DNA of 64,000 nucleotides, taken from positions 640,001 to 704,000 of the forward strand of contig CH464491.1 of the NCBI GenBank assembly GCA_000002445.1, given 5' to 3'. Source of the DNA: Trypanosoma brucei. Taxonomy: Eukaryota. The translations under genes and the position numbers were made by a program. Numbering within the stretch: the stretch's first letter is position 1; each line of letters starts with the position of its first letter. Below, one piece after another: positions 44,586 to 56,500 of this stretch. The notes under the pieces are model-generated. The model was not told where the DNA came from. It saw only the letters and a program-made list of their open reading frames with translations, and made no database searches.

Positions 44586-47500
44586 CTAAACAGACATGAG
44601 GAAGGCGGCCACTCCTCCAAGTAAGAGTTGTTCATCCTTTTCCTCACCGCCAGGGACGGAGATATCGAGAATTTTGGTGCTCCGCGTGGCGTTGGTGTAG
44701 AGAGGAATATGTGCACCGCCACTCTTATCGCTGCCATACATCCACCACACCTGCACTTCAGTGGGCATAGGCATGGAGGACGGCGAGCTTGACGAAACGG
44801 GTGAAACGGTGGCTTGAGCGTCAATCAGCGAACCCTGAACTTGTATGGACTCACCCTTTATCGTAATGCATGGGGTGCCAGAGGCTGGTGAGGCACTGCC
44901 CTTACCACCTTTTGGAACGGCGACGAGCGACATATCAACAAGGGGTGCTTTGGTAGTACGAGCTGTGTACTGCCGCAGTGCGATGAGAAATGTTTGGGGC
45001 CTTAGGAAGTCCACCAAGTCAAATACACCACCACTGGGGGAGAATGCCCGCTGCGCATTGGTTGTCATGACCGTCAGCCTCCGGTTCAAAAGTTGTAACC
45101 ATAATCCAATTTCCTTCGGCCCGTCCATTTGGTCTAGCCAATTAGAGGGGGCGCGGCCACTAATAAGCTCTGCCGCTTCCTCTCGTAGTGCTGCCGAAGG
45201 CATTAACAAACCATCTGCCACACACTGCAGGTCAGCAAACTTGGCGGCAACGGATTCCACGATCTCCCTGAGCAGCCCTGCCTCACTAATAAAGAATACC
45301 TTCATAGGGTCGTAGTTTCCTTGCCCTGCGCTCAGTGCCTGAGTGCTTCCACCCTTTAAACCGCTGTTTTTCCACACTTCAAGTACTGGCACGAGCAGGG
45401 AGCGCCACACATCCTTTGCAGATGCACTGACACCTGCACTGTGGACAAATGAGCGCAATTCTTCCCTTAGGCGGTCTGTGTGCTGCTCCTTCACCGCGCG
45501 GTCTGCGTTGTCTGGCAGGCACAAAAGGGCTGGCGTGTCTACATCGGAGACGTTATCGCGGATGAACTGTACAACCTCACTATGTTCACTGGTGGTTGGC
45601 ACGTGCAGTTTCTCGTGCAGGGCTTTGGTACACGAAACGAGAAGTTCCTCATTAAAGATCTTGGAAATAAGCTTCAGCAGCACCTGTTCATCACGTACAT
45701 TCTCCAACCTTCCACCATAGATACAGTTCTGCAACATACCTCGGAGCGTGACCCAGTCCATGTTGTTGTGACTTAGCATACAGAAAACGTCTGATGCCGC
45801 TTTCATGTCTGCAAGTGAAAACTCGTAGAACTTTATCCATCCCTGTGGAACATAGTTTCTCCTCTCCTGCAGCAACGCGTGGAACCAGGCTAAACCAAAC
45901 AGCATCTGCGAAAGCGTTTTTGTCTTCAACCGCAGATAACCTTCGTCCCACATGATGTAAGACCGCATAAGATTCTGCTTCACGCCAGGGGGTGCCTCAA
46001 TTGTCATCTTTAAGGACATCCGCAGCAGCACCGTTGGGAAGAGGTCGTGGGGTTCAGTGGTTATAATAAGACGGAAGTCTTGGTTAGGTGGGGGCATAGC
46101 ACTCAGCTCTTTTTCTAACACGTAAGCCCAGTCCAGCACAAGGTGCAAATTCTTCAAGAACAGCCAGTCGCCCTGTGCTGCGCAGCGGCGGAGGTGCAAC
46201 ATTGCATCGTCCGTCTGCCCACCACCTAACGCAATTTGGGTGAAGCGCTGTCGCTCCATGCGACGGTACGCTACTTCCTGCACCTCTTGACTTGGATCTG
46301 CTCCACCTGAAGTAATCAGAATTATTGGAGTGGTAGCACTGGCGCCAGTGAGCATCTCTTCCAACGATGTTAAAGGAGTCAAGGAATCAAGCTGTAATGA
46401 GTGCATAATAACATGGTGCGCGAGATCCGCAAGTCGATCCGGCCGGAAGGTGTCCACGATGAGCAGTTGCTCCATGAAACTCAGTCCCGAGTTCTTGGTC
46501 AAACTCTCCTCGGGCGTGTTCTCCAGGATCCAACTTCCCCATCGCTTCTCATCGTTCAAATCCCACTTCTTCACGTGTTCCGAAGCTGTTGCATCCGCAA
46601 GAAGGGCTGTAAATTTAGCGCGTGACATGGGTGGAGCCCAGATTGGAAGCTGCACACTACCATCTGAGGCGGCATTACCCTCAGTATTGGCACTTCCGGC
46701 GGAGGCACCAACAAGCAGGTTCCATAGCGATGAGGGGAATTTTTGTGGGAAGAAACCGTGAATGAGATGCATACCAAAGACAAGCCGATCGCGCTCTAGA
46801 AGGCCGCGGCTCACGTGGACAAAGCACTTTTGTATGAAATTAGTGGCAAGTCCCGCCATTTTCGCCTCTATGTCTGTCTCCCCCTTGTAGCCACTCAAAC
46901 ACTCAACGAAAAGCCGTACGAAGTCATTGAGACCAAAGTGATACATACGATTCAAGTTCTCCAAGTCCTTGACGAGGAAGAAAATCGTCGACCCGTTGCT
47001 GGCGAAGGGACGATAAACCTCTCGCTTTTCATTAAGCTCCGCTTCTAGTTTATGAGACTTCTCCAGTGCCTCGGTGATACTCGAAGCTTGCACTTTCACA
47101 TCATTCAAAGCTTGTATGAGAGCAGTGTTCTCCAGCAGATCACCAGAAGAGTTGGCGAGGTCACTTAACAGTCGTTCCTCCAGTTTATTGAGCTCCAGCT
47201 TAAGGCTTTCCTCTTTTTGAAGCAATGCAGCACGTTCCTGCTCCAACTCAGGTCTCTCGTGCTGAATAGTTACACCCAAAAGCTGATTTTCCAGACCAAA
47301 CTTCGTTACGGAGAAGTTCACCACCAATACCAACGCAGCGGCGCCTGGTGGAAGATCAATATCTGTTCGTCTGGTGAAGAGCATAATGCGGAACTTGTCC
47401 TGCCAATCTACTTGCTTGTTCCCAACCTGTACCACCTGCTTAGCCCCTGCTGTGAAGATATCGCGACGAAGTATTGGATACAGGATGGGTTCTACACCGT

Positions 47501-50500
47501 CAACATCCATGACGAGCAGCGTCTTACCGAAACGCACCGCGAGTTCAAGGGTGTGGGAGAACCGCTCATCGTGCATGGAGGTTACTTCCGACACAATGTT
47601 GTTGGTCTTTAGGTTCATTTTTACCCACTCAATAGCCTGATTGGAAGGATCGATAACCAGGGGTGTCTGCACAGAATCGAGCATTGCAATTGCATTCTCC
47701 TGACTGAGGTCGTCACTTGGAAGCCCTTCACTTTTCCACTGCAGAAGTTCACCGTCCGTGCGCATATATCCCGTAAGCTTGACAACGTCGGGTAGATTGA
47801 GCCGGCTTGACCACTGCTTCAAGTAGCGTTGGCGAACATCTTCAGTTTCACGTGCGATGTATGTGATAAAAGCCGCTGCAACGAGGGCGCGCTTTGGAAG
47901 CAGCTGGTTGCTTGATTGAATCTTCTGAGCATCCTGTGACCACCGTGTTTTCTCCCCACTGAGTTTCTCAAGCAAATCCTTCGCTTTGGTAAGCTCCTTC
48001 TGCGCCTTCTCAAGTGTGTCCTTGATTCGCTCCGCGTCTTTGCACTTCTCAGAGAACTCCTTCCGTAACTTCGCAACGGCTTCATCGATTTTTTTCAGCT
48101 TGCTCTTGAGTTGTTTGAGTTGTTCCTGACCCTTTGCGCTGTTTGTCTCCAAATCCTCAAGTTGCTTGTTGAGCGGACCAATGCTTTCGAGGATGGTGGA
48201 GTAATCGATCATAGCCTTCACCCACGCTGCCATCGGTGCGGCGGCGACAGAAGCACGACGGATAGTTTCCTGCTTGAAAGAACCGGCTTTTTGATTCATG
48301 AGCCGCGCGACGTTCTCTCGGATGGGAGTTGAGATATTCTTTGCGTCGAAATCAAGAATTCTCTCCTTGACACCACGCTCACCAAGAAACTTGCGCATAG
48401 ATTGCCATGACACATCATTCACACCAAGTAGCGCAAGGACAGCCTCCAGCACGTCTTTCACTGGCTCTGGTGGCGCCTTGAGTGACCGAATTTCGTTCAG
48501 TTGCTCACTTCGAATGGAGCTAACAGCCTCACGCGCGGATTCAAGCATTGGTGTGATGCCGCTCAACTCCTTCGTTACCTTCTCCCTCTTCACCGCAATT
48601 TCCTCTTGTTCAGTGCTCAGTCGCGCTTGCAACTCCTCTGCCGTGTCACGCTGCTCTTTTGACTCCTCCATCTTCTGTTGAATCTCCGTCAGGGCTTTAT
48701 CGGCTTCCTTTTGTTTTTCCTCCACCTTCTTTTTCTTGCGCTTAACGTCCGACTGGATCTTCGCCACGCTTTCCTCTGCCTCGTGCAGCTTCGCAAGGCC
48801 CGCATCAAGTCGCTTCAAACTAGCCTCACCGCTCTCACCTTTCTTTTGAAGAATTGATTCATAATTTTCCATCAGTACTCGGAAGCGTTCGGGCGTCGCC
48901 TCTTCGCCGAAGGACTCGTGCACAGAGAAGAGCTCACGGTGTAAATGAAAACCTTTATTCGCAGAATCGGCACCAATGTTATCAATTACAGCAGCAAGTC
49001 GTTTCTTGCATATATTGCGAGTGGCGTCGTTGCTCCACGCGCCCATCCACAGCAAATCGCAGTTGCTTATGAGCCCTGGGTTAGACTGTAGCCTAACCAA
49101 AAAGAGAGGGTGGCAGTTGTCCATCACTAGTGCGATGCGGAGGTTTCGGCGAAGGCGCTGAAGGTAGAAGGATGCAATAGATCCCATGTATCCATCATTG
49201 GCGGCATCCTCACGCAATGAGGCACACATTGTTTCCACCTCCTCCTGTGTAAAGAGACCAGGCACCTCACCGCTGCTCACAAGACTGTTGATCATCTCCA
49301 AGAAGGTTTCGTCGACGATGTTGTGATCTTCGAGCATAAGAACCAACCGCTCGTTCTGTGTCGTTGCTCGCTGTATAAACTGCCTCAAGTCTTGGCGAAA
49401 GTTTTTCAGTGCGTACTTCTGCATCATATTGAGTGTCACCACGTTCATTTTTAGGAGAAATGCAGCGAGGCAGACGGCGTTACGTCGCCCCACACCGGGG
49501 CGGCCCACCAAAATAAGATGACCGAACGGCCGGGTCAGCACACGGTCCACACGCGCGAGCCACCCAACAACTTCAGGAATTACGTGGATATTCAGAGTTT
49601 TGTGTTCACGGCTGTACTTCACTATTCCCTGCTCAACCTCAGCAGCAGCAGCTTCGTACGATACACCCTTCAGACGTTTCTGACCGCGTTCGTCTGCCTC
49701 ACTGAGCCACGAGACAAACAGGATGGAATTTGCGTCATCAGCAGATGAGGAGGAAGTGGAGGAGTACCCTATCGTGGCGAGGGACTCACTTATGGTTTTC
49801 CGGGCCTTCTTGATGTCTTCAGCGCGAGGGAGACAGTCAGCGAAGATGCACGTCGCTTCGTGTCCCAAAACAGCGGGAAGCGTTGTGGTTTGTGAGTCAA
49901 TCTCATACATGAGTACATTGGTGACCCAATTGGTGATACTGCGCGGGCAGAAGAGACAGTGGGCATACTCCTCCCCTTCGCGCTTACGGCAAATCTTCTC
50001 AAACACGTTAATCACAAACCCCGATAATGTAGGGCAGTTTGCGAGGTCACAACCCAGATCGGGTACACTGCTAATGAGTGATTTGAAGTATTCCGTATAT
50101 ATCTGGTTGAGGCCCGCCTTTGAAGGGTAGGACATGAAAACGATTCCCACAACGGCGAGAAGACGAGGTGTAACAGCGTAACGACCAGCTGACACTGTGG
50201 GGTTCATACTAGCCACCAGTTGAACCTTCTCGATGCCAATCCACTCTAGGTCGTTGTTGTAAAACCCTTGGTACATGATCAACTGCATCATGAAGGCGTG
50301 AAGTTCCACAGTGCCATACCTATCCGGTTTGGGAAGATTTACGTTCTTTAGAATAATCACTAGTCTTTCACCCTCCTTAGGACGGTACACATGCCCACTG
50401 CTTGTGCTGGATATGGTGCACATTTGCTCTAGTTTTTGAATGAGGTGAAGCGAAGTAGTTTGCGCGCTGCAATGAAGGACGGTGATCCTCACACCACTGT

Positions 50501-53500
50501 GGCGGGCAAAGCACTGTTGCAGAGTAATGCTCTTTCCACTTCCCTCCGGACCGACGAGGAACACTGGACGGCAGTTGGTGTCGCTCACCAAAGGCTCAAG
50601 GGTTGCCATAAGTCGCTGCACGTCCACAGTGGGAACAATTAACTCACCCTTCAGGAGTGATCCGGACGAACTGTCCACTGTGAGATTCGAGGCGAACTCT
50701 TTTAGACATTTTTTCTCGTGATCGTAGTAAGTATCCAATGGTCGCTTCTTGGACACAGGGCTAACTTTTCCCATTTCGTACACTGCTGTTGTGATAGTTT
50801 TGGCGCCTTCAGGGTGGAGCATACCACAGAGCCCGCGAAGCAGCGAGAACACGAAGTCTTCTTCATTGGCCACATGCAAAATGTGTGCAAGACAACAGTT
50901 AAGAATCCCCATACCGGTTGTAGGTACCACGAGGGCGTCCAGTCGCAGTGTTTGATGCACAGCGGGAATAAGGTATTTTTCAATAAGAGGCCCAAGGAGC
51001 TCCCGACGCTCCTCTGGTTGCTTGTGGAGAAACGAGCGTACAGCGGGCTCAAGACTAACATCATCTTCGGAGAACAGGATGACACCCATACGGGATACAG
51101 TGGCAGGAGAGGCATATGCGAGGCTGTGTGTCTCAAAAATAAAGTTCACATTCTTACCAAACTGGATACGCACACCATTGGGAAGTGTCAACAACTTGTT
51201 GTCGTCAAGGACAGAGTTGAGCGACTCAACCCATTCAGGGTCAATATCGCCATCACATAGAATCCACGGCCGAGATTCTTTCGGTTGTCTCACAACATCC
51301 CGCGCAGCGGCGGACAGCACACCATCGTACCACTCTCGTGTGTCCGGGTCCATATAACCCAAAAGCTGCTGTCGGTGAATAGCCTTAGGGTTCATTACAT
51401 GCAGCGGGACTTCAATCTTTAGTATTTGCATCGCTTTGCGGAGAATGCGAAGAAGTGTGCTCTTTCCACTACCGCTTGGACCAACAAGCACAACTCCCAT
51501 ACGCTGACCCAGCGCCTCGTATAACTGAAGGACCTTGTGAACCTGGGACTTGACGAGCTGCAAACCCAGCTCACGCACAGCCACTTCAATGGCAGATTCG
51601 AGCTCCCCGTACGCAATCTCGCGAATACTCACCTGCGGGAACACATCCACTGCTAATTCCCTGAAGAGTCGTGCGTCATCGACGGAGAGTTTGCTAAGCA
51701 TGTTGATGCTAAGCGATTGCAAAACCAGCTCTTCTTCCTGTTTCTCACTAGCTGCATTACCTCCGTTGTCTGCCTTCCACTTTTGCACCAAAGACCCTGC
51801 AAGGTGAAGCACAGCCTTCAGTGAACGCAGACCCCAGTCGTAGTGCTGCTGCTTTGACATTAGCTGCCCAGAAAGGCGGTACATTTCCACGATTTTCTTT
51901 GCTAGGTTTTTCGCATGAGTAAAACCCTCTGACAACAACATGGTCGACGTGATAAGCTCGTTGTTGGGCTGTGTCATGGCAACCTCACGGAACAGTTGCC
52001 TCAAGTTATCCGGTAACTTAGAACGTCCACCGTAACCTTTACCGGCGGGGTTCAGTGTAACGAAGATACCAGCGTTCTTGTTCACCTGAATAAGCCGGTT
52101 TAGAAGTGTGCAGGAGGGCTCGCGATTTTTAATTGCCTCCTGGATTACTTGAATCATTTGAGATATGGCTGAAAGCTGATCTATTTTGAGACGATTGAAC
52201 TCATCGAAGCAGCCCCAGGCACCGCACTTGACAATTCCCATGAAGATACGCCCCATAGACTTAAAGTCAATACCCTCATCGCAGTTGAAAACAAGCACTT
52301 GCCGCCCCATTGCACTACCCAGCGCTTTCACAGATTCCGTTTTACCTGTACCTGCAGGTCCGTACGGATTACCACCATAACCAAGTTGCATACCTTTGGT
52401 AAGAACCAAGTAACACTTGTCAGTCAGCGGAGTGTGCACAAGTTTTGCCGCATTGCCTTGGTATTCGTACGTATAATCAAACTTTGTGTCCATCATCGCT
52501 ACGTAGCATAGTTCGTTTTCGTTCATGTAGTAGCGCAACTGCTTCTGCCACCACCAAGACTCCGTGGAAGTCACTCCTTTCGCCACCAGTGCTTCTACGA
52601 CTTCAATGTGATGAATAACATCGAGGATAAGGGCTTTCACCTTCAACTTGGATACAGGGTCGGTATCAGCAGGAAACATTGTCAACTTGTTCAAAACGTT
52701 CTTCAACTCACCTCCCAGTGCTGATAAGGAGTTTTTGCTGATTGCTTCTTCTACAGCTGCACTGAACTGCACCTGCAGTGTCACTTGAAGTACTTGCGAG
52801 GGGTAACGGTTTATTGGCTCAGGGTCAATGATATTCTTCACTTTCACACAAGAGGCCAAAAGTCGTTGTAACGTTTCCTTCATGCACTGGTCCAACGCAA
52901 CCAGCCACTTCTCAACGTCATCCTCCTCGATAGACACGGGTTTTGCCAATTCCACTTGCTCTCGATCTGAGGACACCATATGCGTGATAAACTTATGATC
53001 CTCGCTGAAGATCACGGAGTTAATTCCCATAAAGAGTTTCTTGAGGTGGGCCTGAATAACAGATGGGCTCTTGCTGTGACCCAATATTTCAAGCATATCC
53101 TCGTCACTAATAAAATAGAAACGGGAGAAACTCTCACGTTTGGACTCGAGAAACTCCATCAGTGATTTCTGGCAACGCTCAATTTGGTCGAGAATAGTCT
53201 TCAAGCGGTCCACAATGTCCGCCTGCGATGCAATCGTCATCACGCGTGGATCTGCCTCTACATCTTGCATGATAGACACAAATTCTTTGTCCACACGCTT
53301 AAAGCGAGCCTGTTCCTGTGGTAACGCACCACGAGCGAAGATGGGTTCCAGGTATGTCCATTTCCGTTGTATCGTATTCATCAGCATAAGAGCTTCATAC
53401 AAGTTAGCAAGTTTGACCTCCCACCCGTTTGCCTCATCCGCAAAGTGGGAAAAGAATGGACTGTCTTTAAGTGACCCAATCAGTGACTGGTTGTCACTCA

Positions 53501-56500
53501 CTTGTGCTAAAGTCTCCTTCCACTCAGAGATGAGCTTCACCTTCGCCGGTGTTGCACTGTCTGCTGGGGCGATGAGAGTAAAATTGGCCTCCAAAGCCCA
53601 CGCTCGGAGGTCTTGCAGTGCCTCACGTATTTGCACTTCACCCTGAACCCTTGCATGAAGTTGTTTCAGCTCGGTTTCTGCTGCTACAAGCTGTTTGTGA
53701 TGGTCGAGGATATGACCGAACGTAAGATCCGTGCTCGTCATCCCCTTCTCTATTTCAAGCAGACGAAACATTTCGTTCCAGTGTTCCGTCATCATACCCT
53801 CACCGCGAACAAAACGGAACATGGGGACACAAATTGCCCACCCCTCAAGCATGTTATGAAGGTATTGTGCGATGACATCCGTATCACTACCCATATGGGA
53901 TGCGTTAGCAGTTGCAGTCAGCTTTGCTTTCCATTCCTTCATGAAGTCCTCAAATACGTATGTGTGCGACCGGAAGGTCAGCCAATCCTCCTTGCGCAAT
54001 GTATCAAGGCTCTCTCTGAAGTTATCATAGAGAGTCCACATAGTGGCTGTCTGCGAGACGTCATTAAGCGTGGTTTCCAGTTCATGGAAGTTTGGTGGTG
54101 GAAGTTTAAAGTGCAAGCATTTAGCTTCAAGCTCTTTTGATTGAGTTTTCAGCTCATCCAACTCGTTGTAGCTGTCCTTCATCTGCGTCAAGGTAGTATC
54201 GATCAACGCAGGTTTGCTCTCTTTAAACGCCTCGAGAAGCTGCGCTTTCATTTTATCCCACTTGGAAGAGAAGCGTTGCCCATCTTTCATATGCTTTTGG
54301 ATCATGCTGTCCAGCGAGACCCGCATTTTTGACATAGAAGCGTCAATAACTTTGTGGTGTGACGCGATTGCCTCGCGCAAGTGTTCCCAACGGGACTTTG
54401 TGGAACCGATGTCAATAACCGTTCCAGTGTGCTGCCGGAGCACCCGATTCAATTCCTCCGCCTCACTAAACTTTTCTTCATATGATGGCATTGCTGCCAC
54501 GAACTCTCGATAGGCCTTATTTGCCTGTCCAACCTCTTCCATAGTAACAGGTTGCCGTGTGATGACGTTAGAGGCGTTGTACACAAAGGTGTCAATTGCT
54601 GACAGCGTCTGCTGCATCGTCTTACGCATGGCGTTGAGCAATGCCTCCTCGAGGCGATGTAGCTGCTCCTCAACACTCGCCTTTATGGGAATAGTGCTAA
54701 TAGTGAATCCGTCAATTTTCATATTATCATCGATGTCACGAAGTTTATTTAACTGCTCCTTCACAACATTAAAACCATCCGAGTAGTTCTTGAGATTCGC
54801 GCAAGTTGCTTCGACAAGTGCGTCAATGTCAGGGCCACCATTTATGCCGCAAGTTCCTACCAGCACATGTGTGCGGAACGCTTTACGCACACGGTTAAGC
54901 TTTCCGAAGAGCTCCACCGCCTTGAGGTGGACGGTAACGATACGGTCCTTGTTTGAAAGTGGTATCAATTTGTACAACTCGTAAGGACCCCCCGATTCCT
55001 TCTTCTGTTGGAGGCCGCGGAAGCGGAGCGGAATACCCACCAACTCGCGCACCTGCTGGTAGTACGCCTCACGCACCGCTTCAAAACTGGGCTTGAACTG
55101 TACCTGGCCCTGTTTGAACACCAATTCCACCTTAAATTCCTGCATCTTCTCATGCATTGTTTCCAAACCTCGCTGGTATTGGTGCTCTAGCGCTTTGTAG
55201 ATTTGAGCATCGAGATGACGCCGCCAATTGTCATAATTGTCGATGTTGTGGGCATTCAGGAACTCCTCGAATAAGCGCCGCAGACCATCTACAGCCGTAC
55301 GCCACTGATCCGTTTGGCCGGCAAGTTCGAGGTTGTGCAACTCTGCCACCTGATTCATGAAGTCAACATGAAAACGGCGGATGCGGCGGTTTTCCACGCA
55401 CAGTGCGTCCACTGCGTTTTGGAACCGCATGTTGAGGCCGTCAATTTCGTTGTAGTTAGCAATAGTTACTAACCGCTTGTCGGAGCCCTTGTAGAGCAAC
55501 TGTGACAAGGCATGATTCGAGGCTGACTCAAGCATCGACCGCGTACAGTGAATGATTTGCCGTTGCACGGTGTTGTAGTTGCTCACGACCTGCATACTGC
55601 GAGTGGTGGCTTTAATAAGTTTTTCACAGGCCTTAATTACACCCTCCCCCTCCTCACTAATGCGCAAAAGCTCCTCGTGGCGACGACCGCACCAACTACG
55701 CATGCTGTATATCTCCTGTAAGCACTGTTTGATAGATGGATGCACAGTACATGTGATACACTGCTTGTTGGATCCGTTAAATACAACAGCATCTGGTAAA
55801 CTTGTTAACTTCTTGCAATGGTTTTCCATGTTCTGCCTCCAAGCTGCTAATGCCTCGCTCTCCTCTTTTTGCATTTCACCCATAATACCCTCAGCGACCT
55901 TCACAACCTGGTCAAGGCTTGTGGATTTTCCAAAGAGGATGCCAGCAATCTCTGGTATCTGCGCGCACTCCGTCTGGGCGGACTTGGCCATTTTTACAGT
56001 ATGCAGGTCTGTCGTAGACCGCCGCTTGTTATTCTCATAGCGCACTTGGATCTTTTGCAGCTGCTTGATGAGGTGTTCAGCAACACTGGCCATATCACCC
56101 TCGACGCCGTTTTTAATCCCCTCCCGGTTAAGCAGAGTTCTGTGCTGCTTGAGCGTACGGATCAAATCTTCCTGACCCCGCTGATTACTGCCGAAGAGCT
56201 GCTTCACGCGACCACGAAGATGGTCCTCCAGGAAAGAGAACTCTTTTTCAAATTTGCCGATGCACGTTTTCCAGCGGTCATCGGATGTCACCCTCCGGTC
56301 CGTAACGCTTTCTCCGTCAAACACAACTTCGGGTGCAATGCTCTCTGGCGCCTTTCCTGGTGAAAGATTCTCTGCACTGGCCAGCAGTTGCCGAATTCTC
56401 AACACGTCCCGCAAGCGTTGTTCAAAAGCACTCTGCACTCCACCCTTTTCAGATCCCACATCCACATCTTTCCACTCTCCTCTCAGCAGGACTTCCTTCA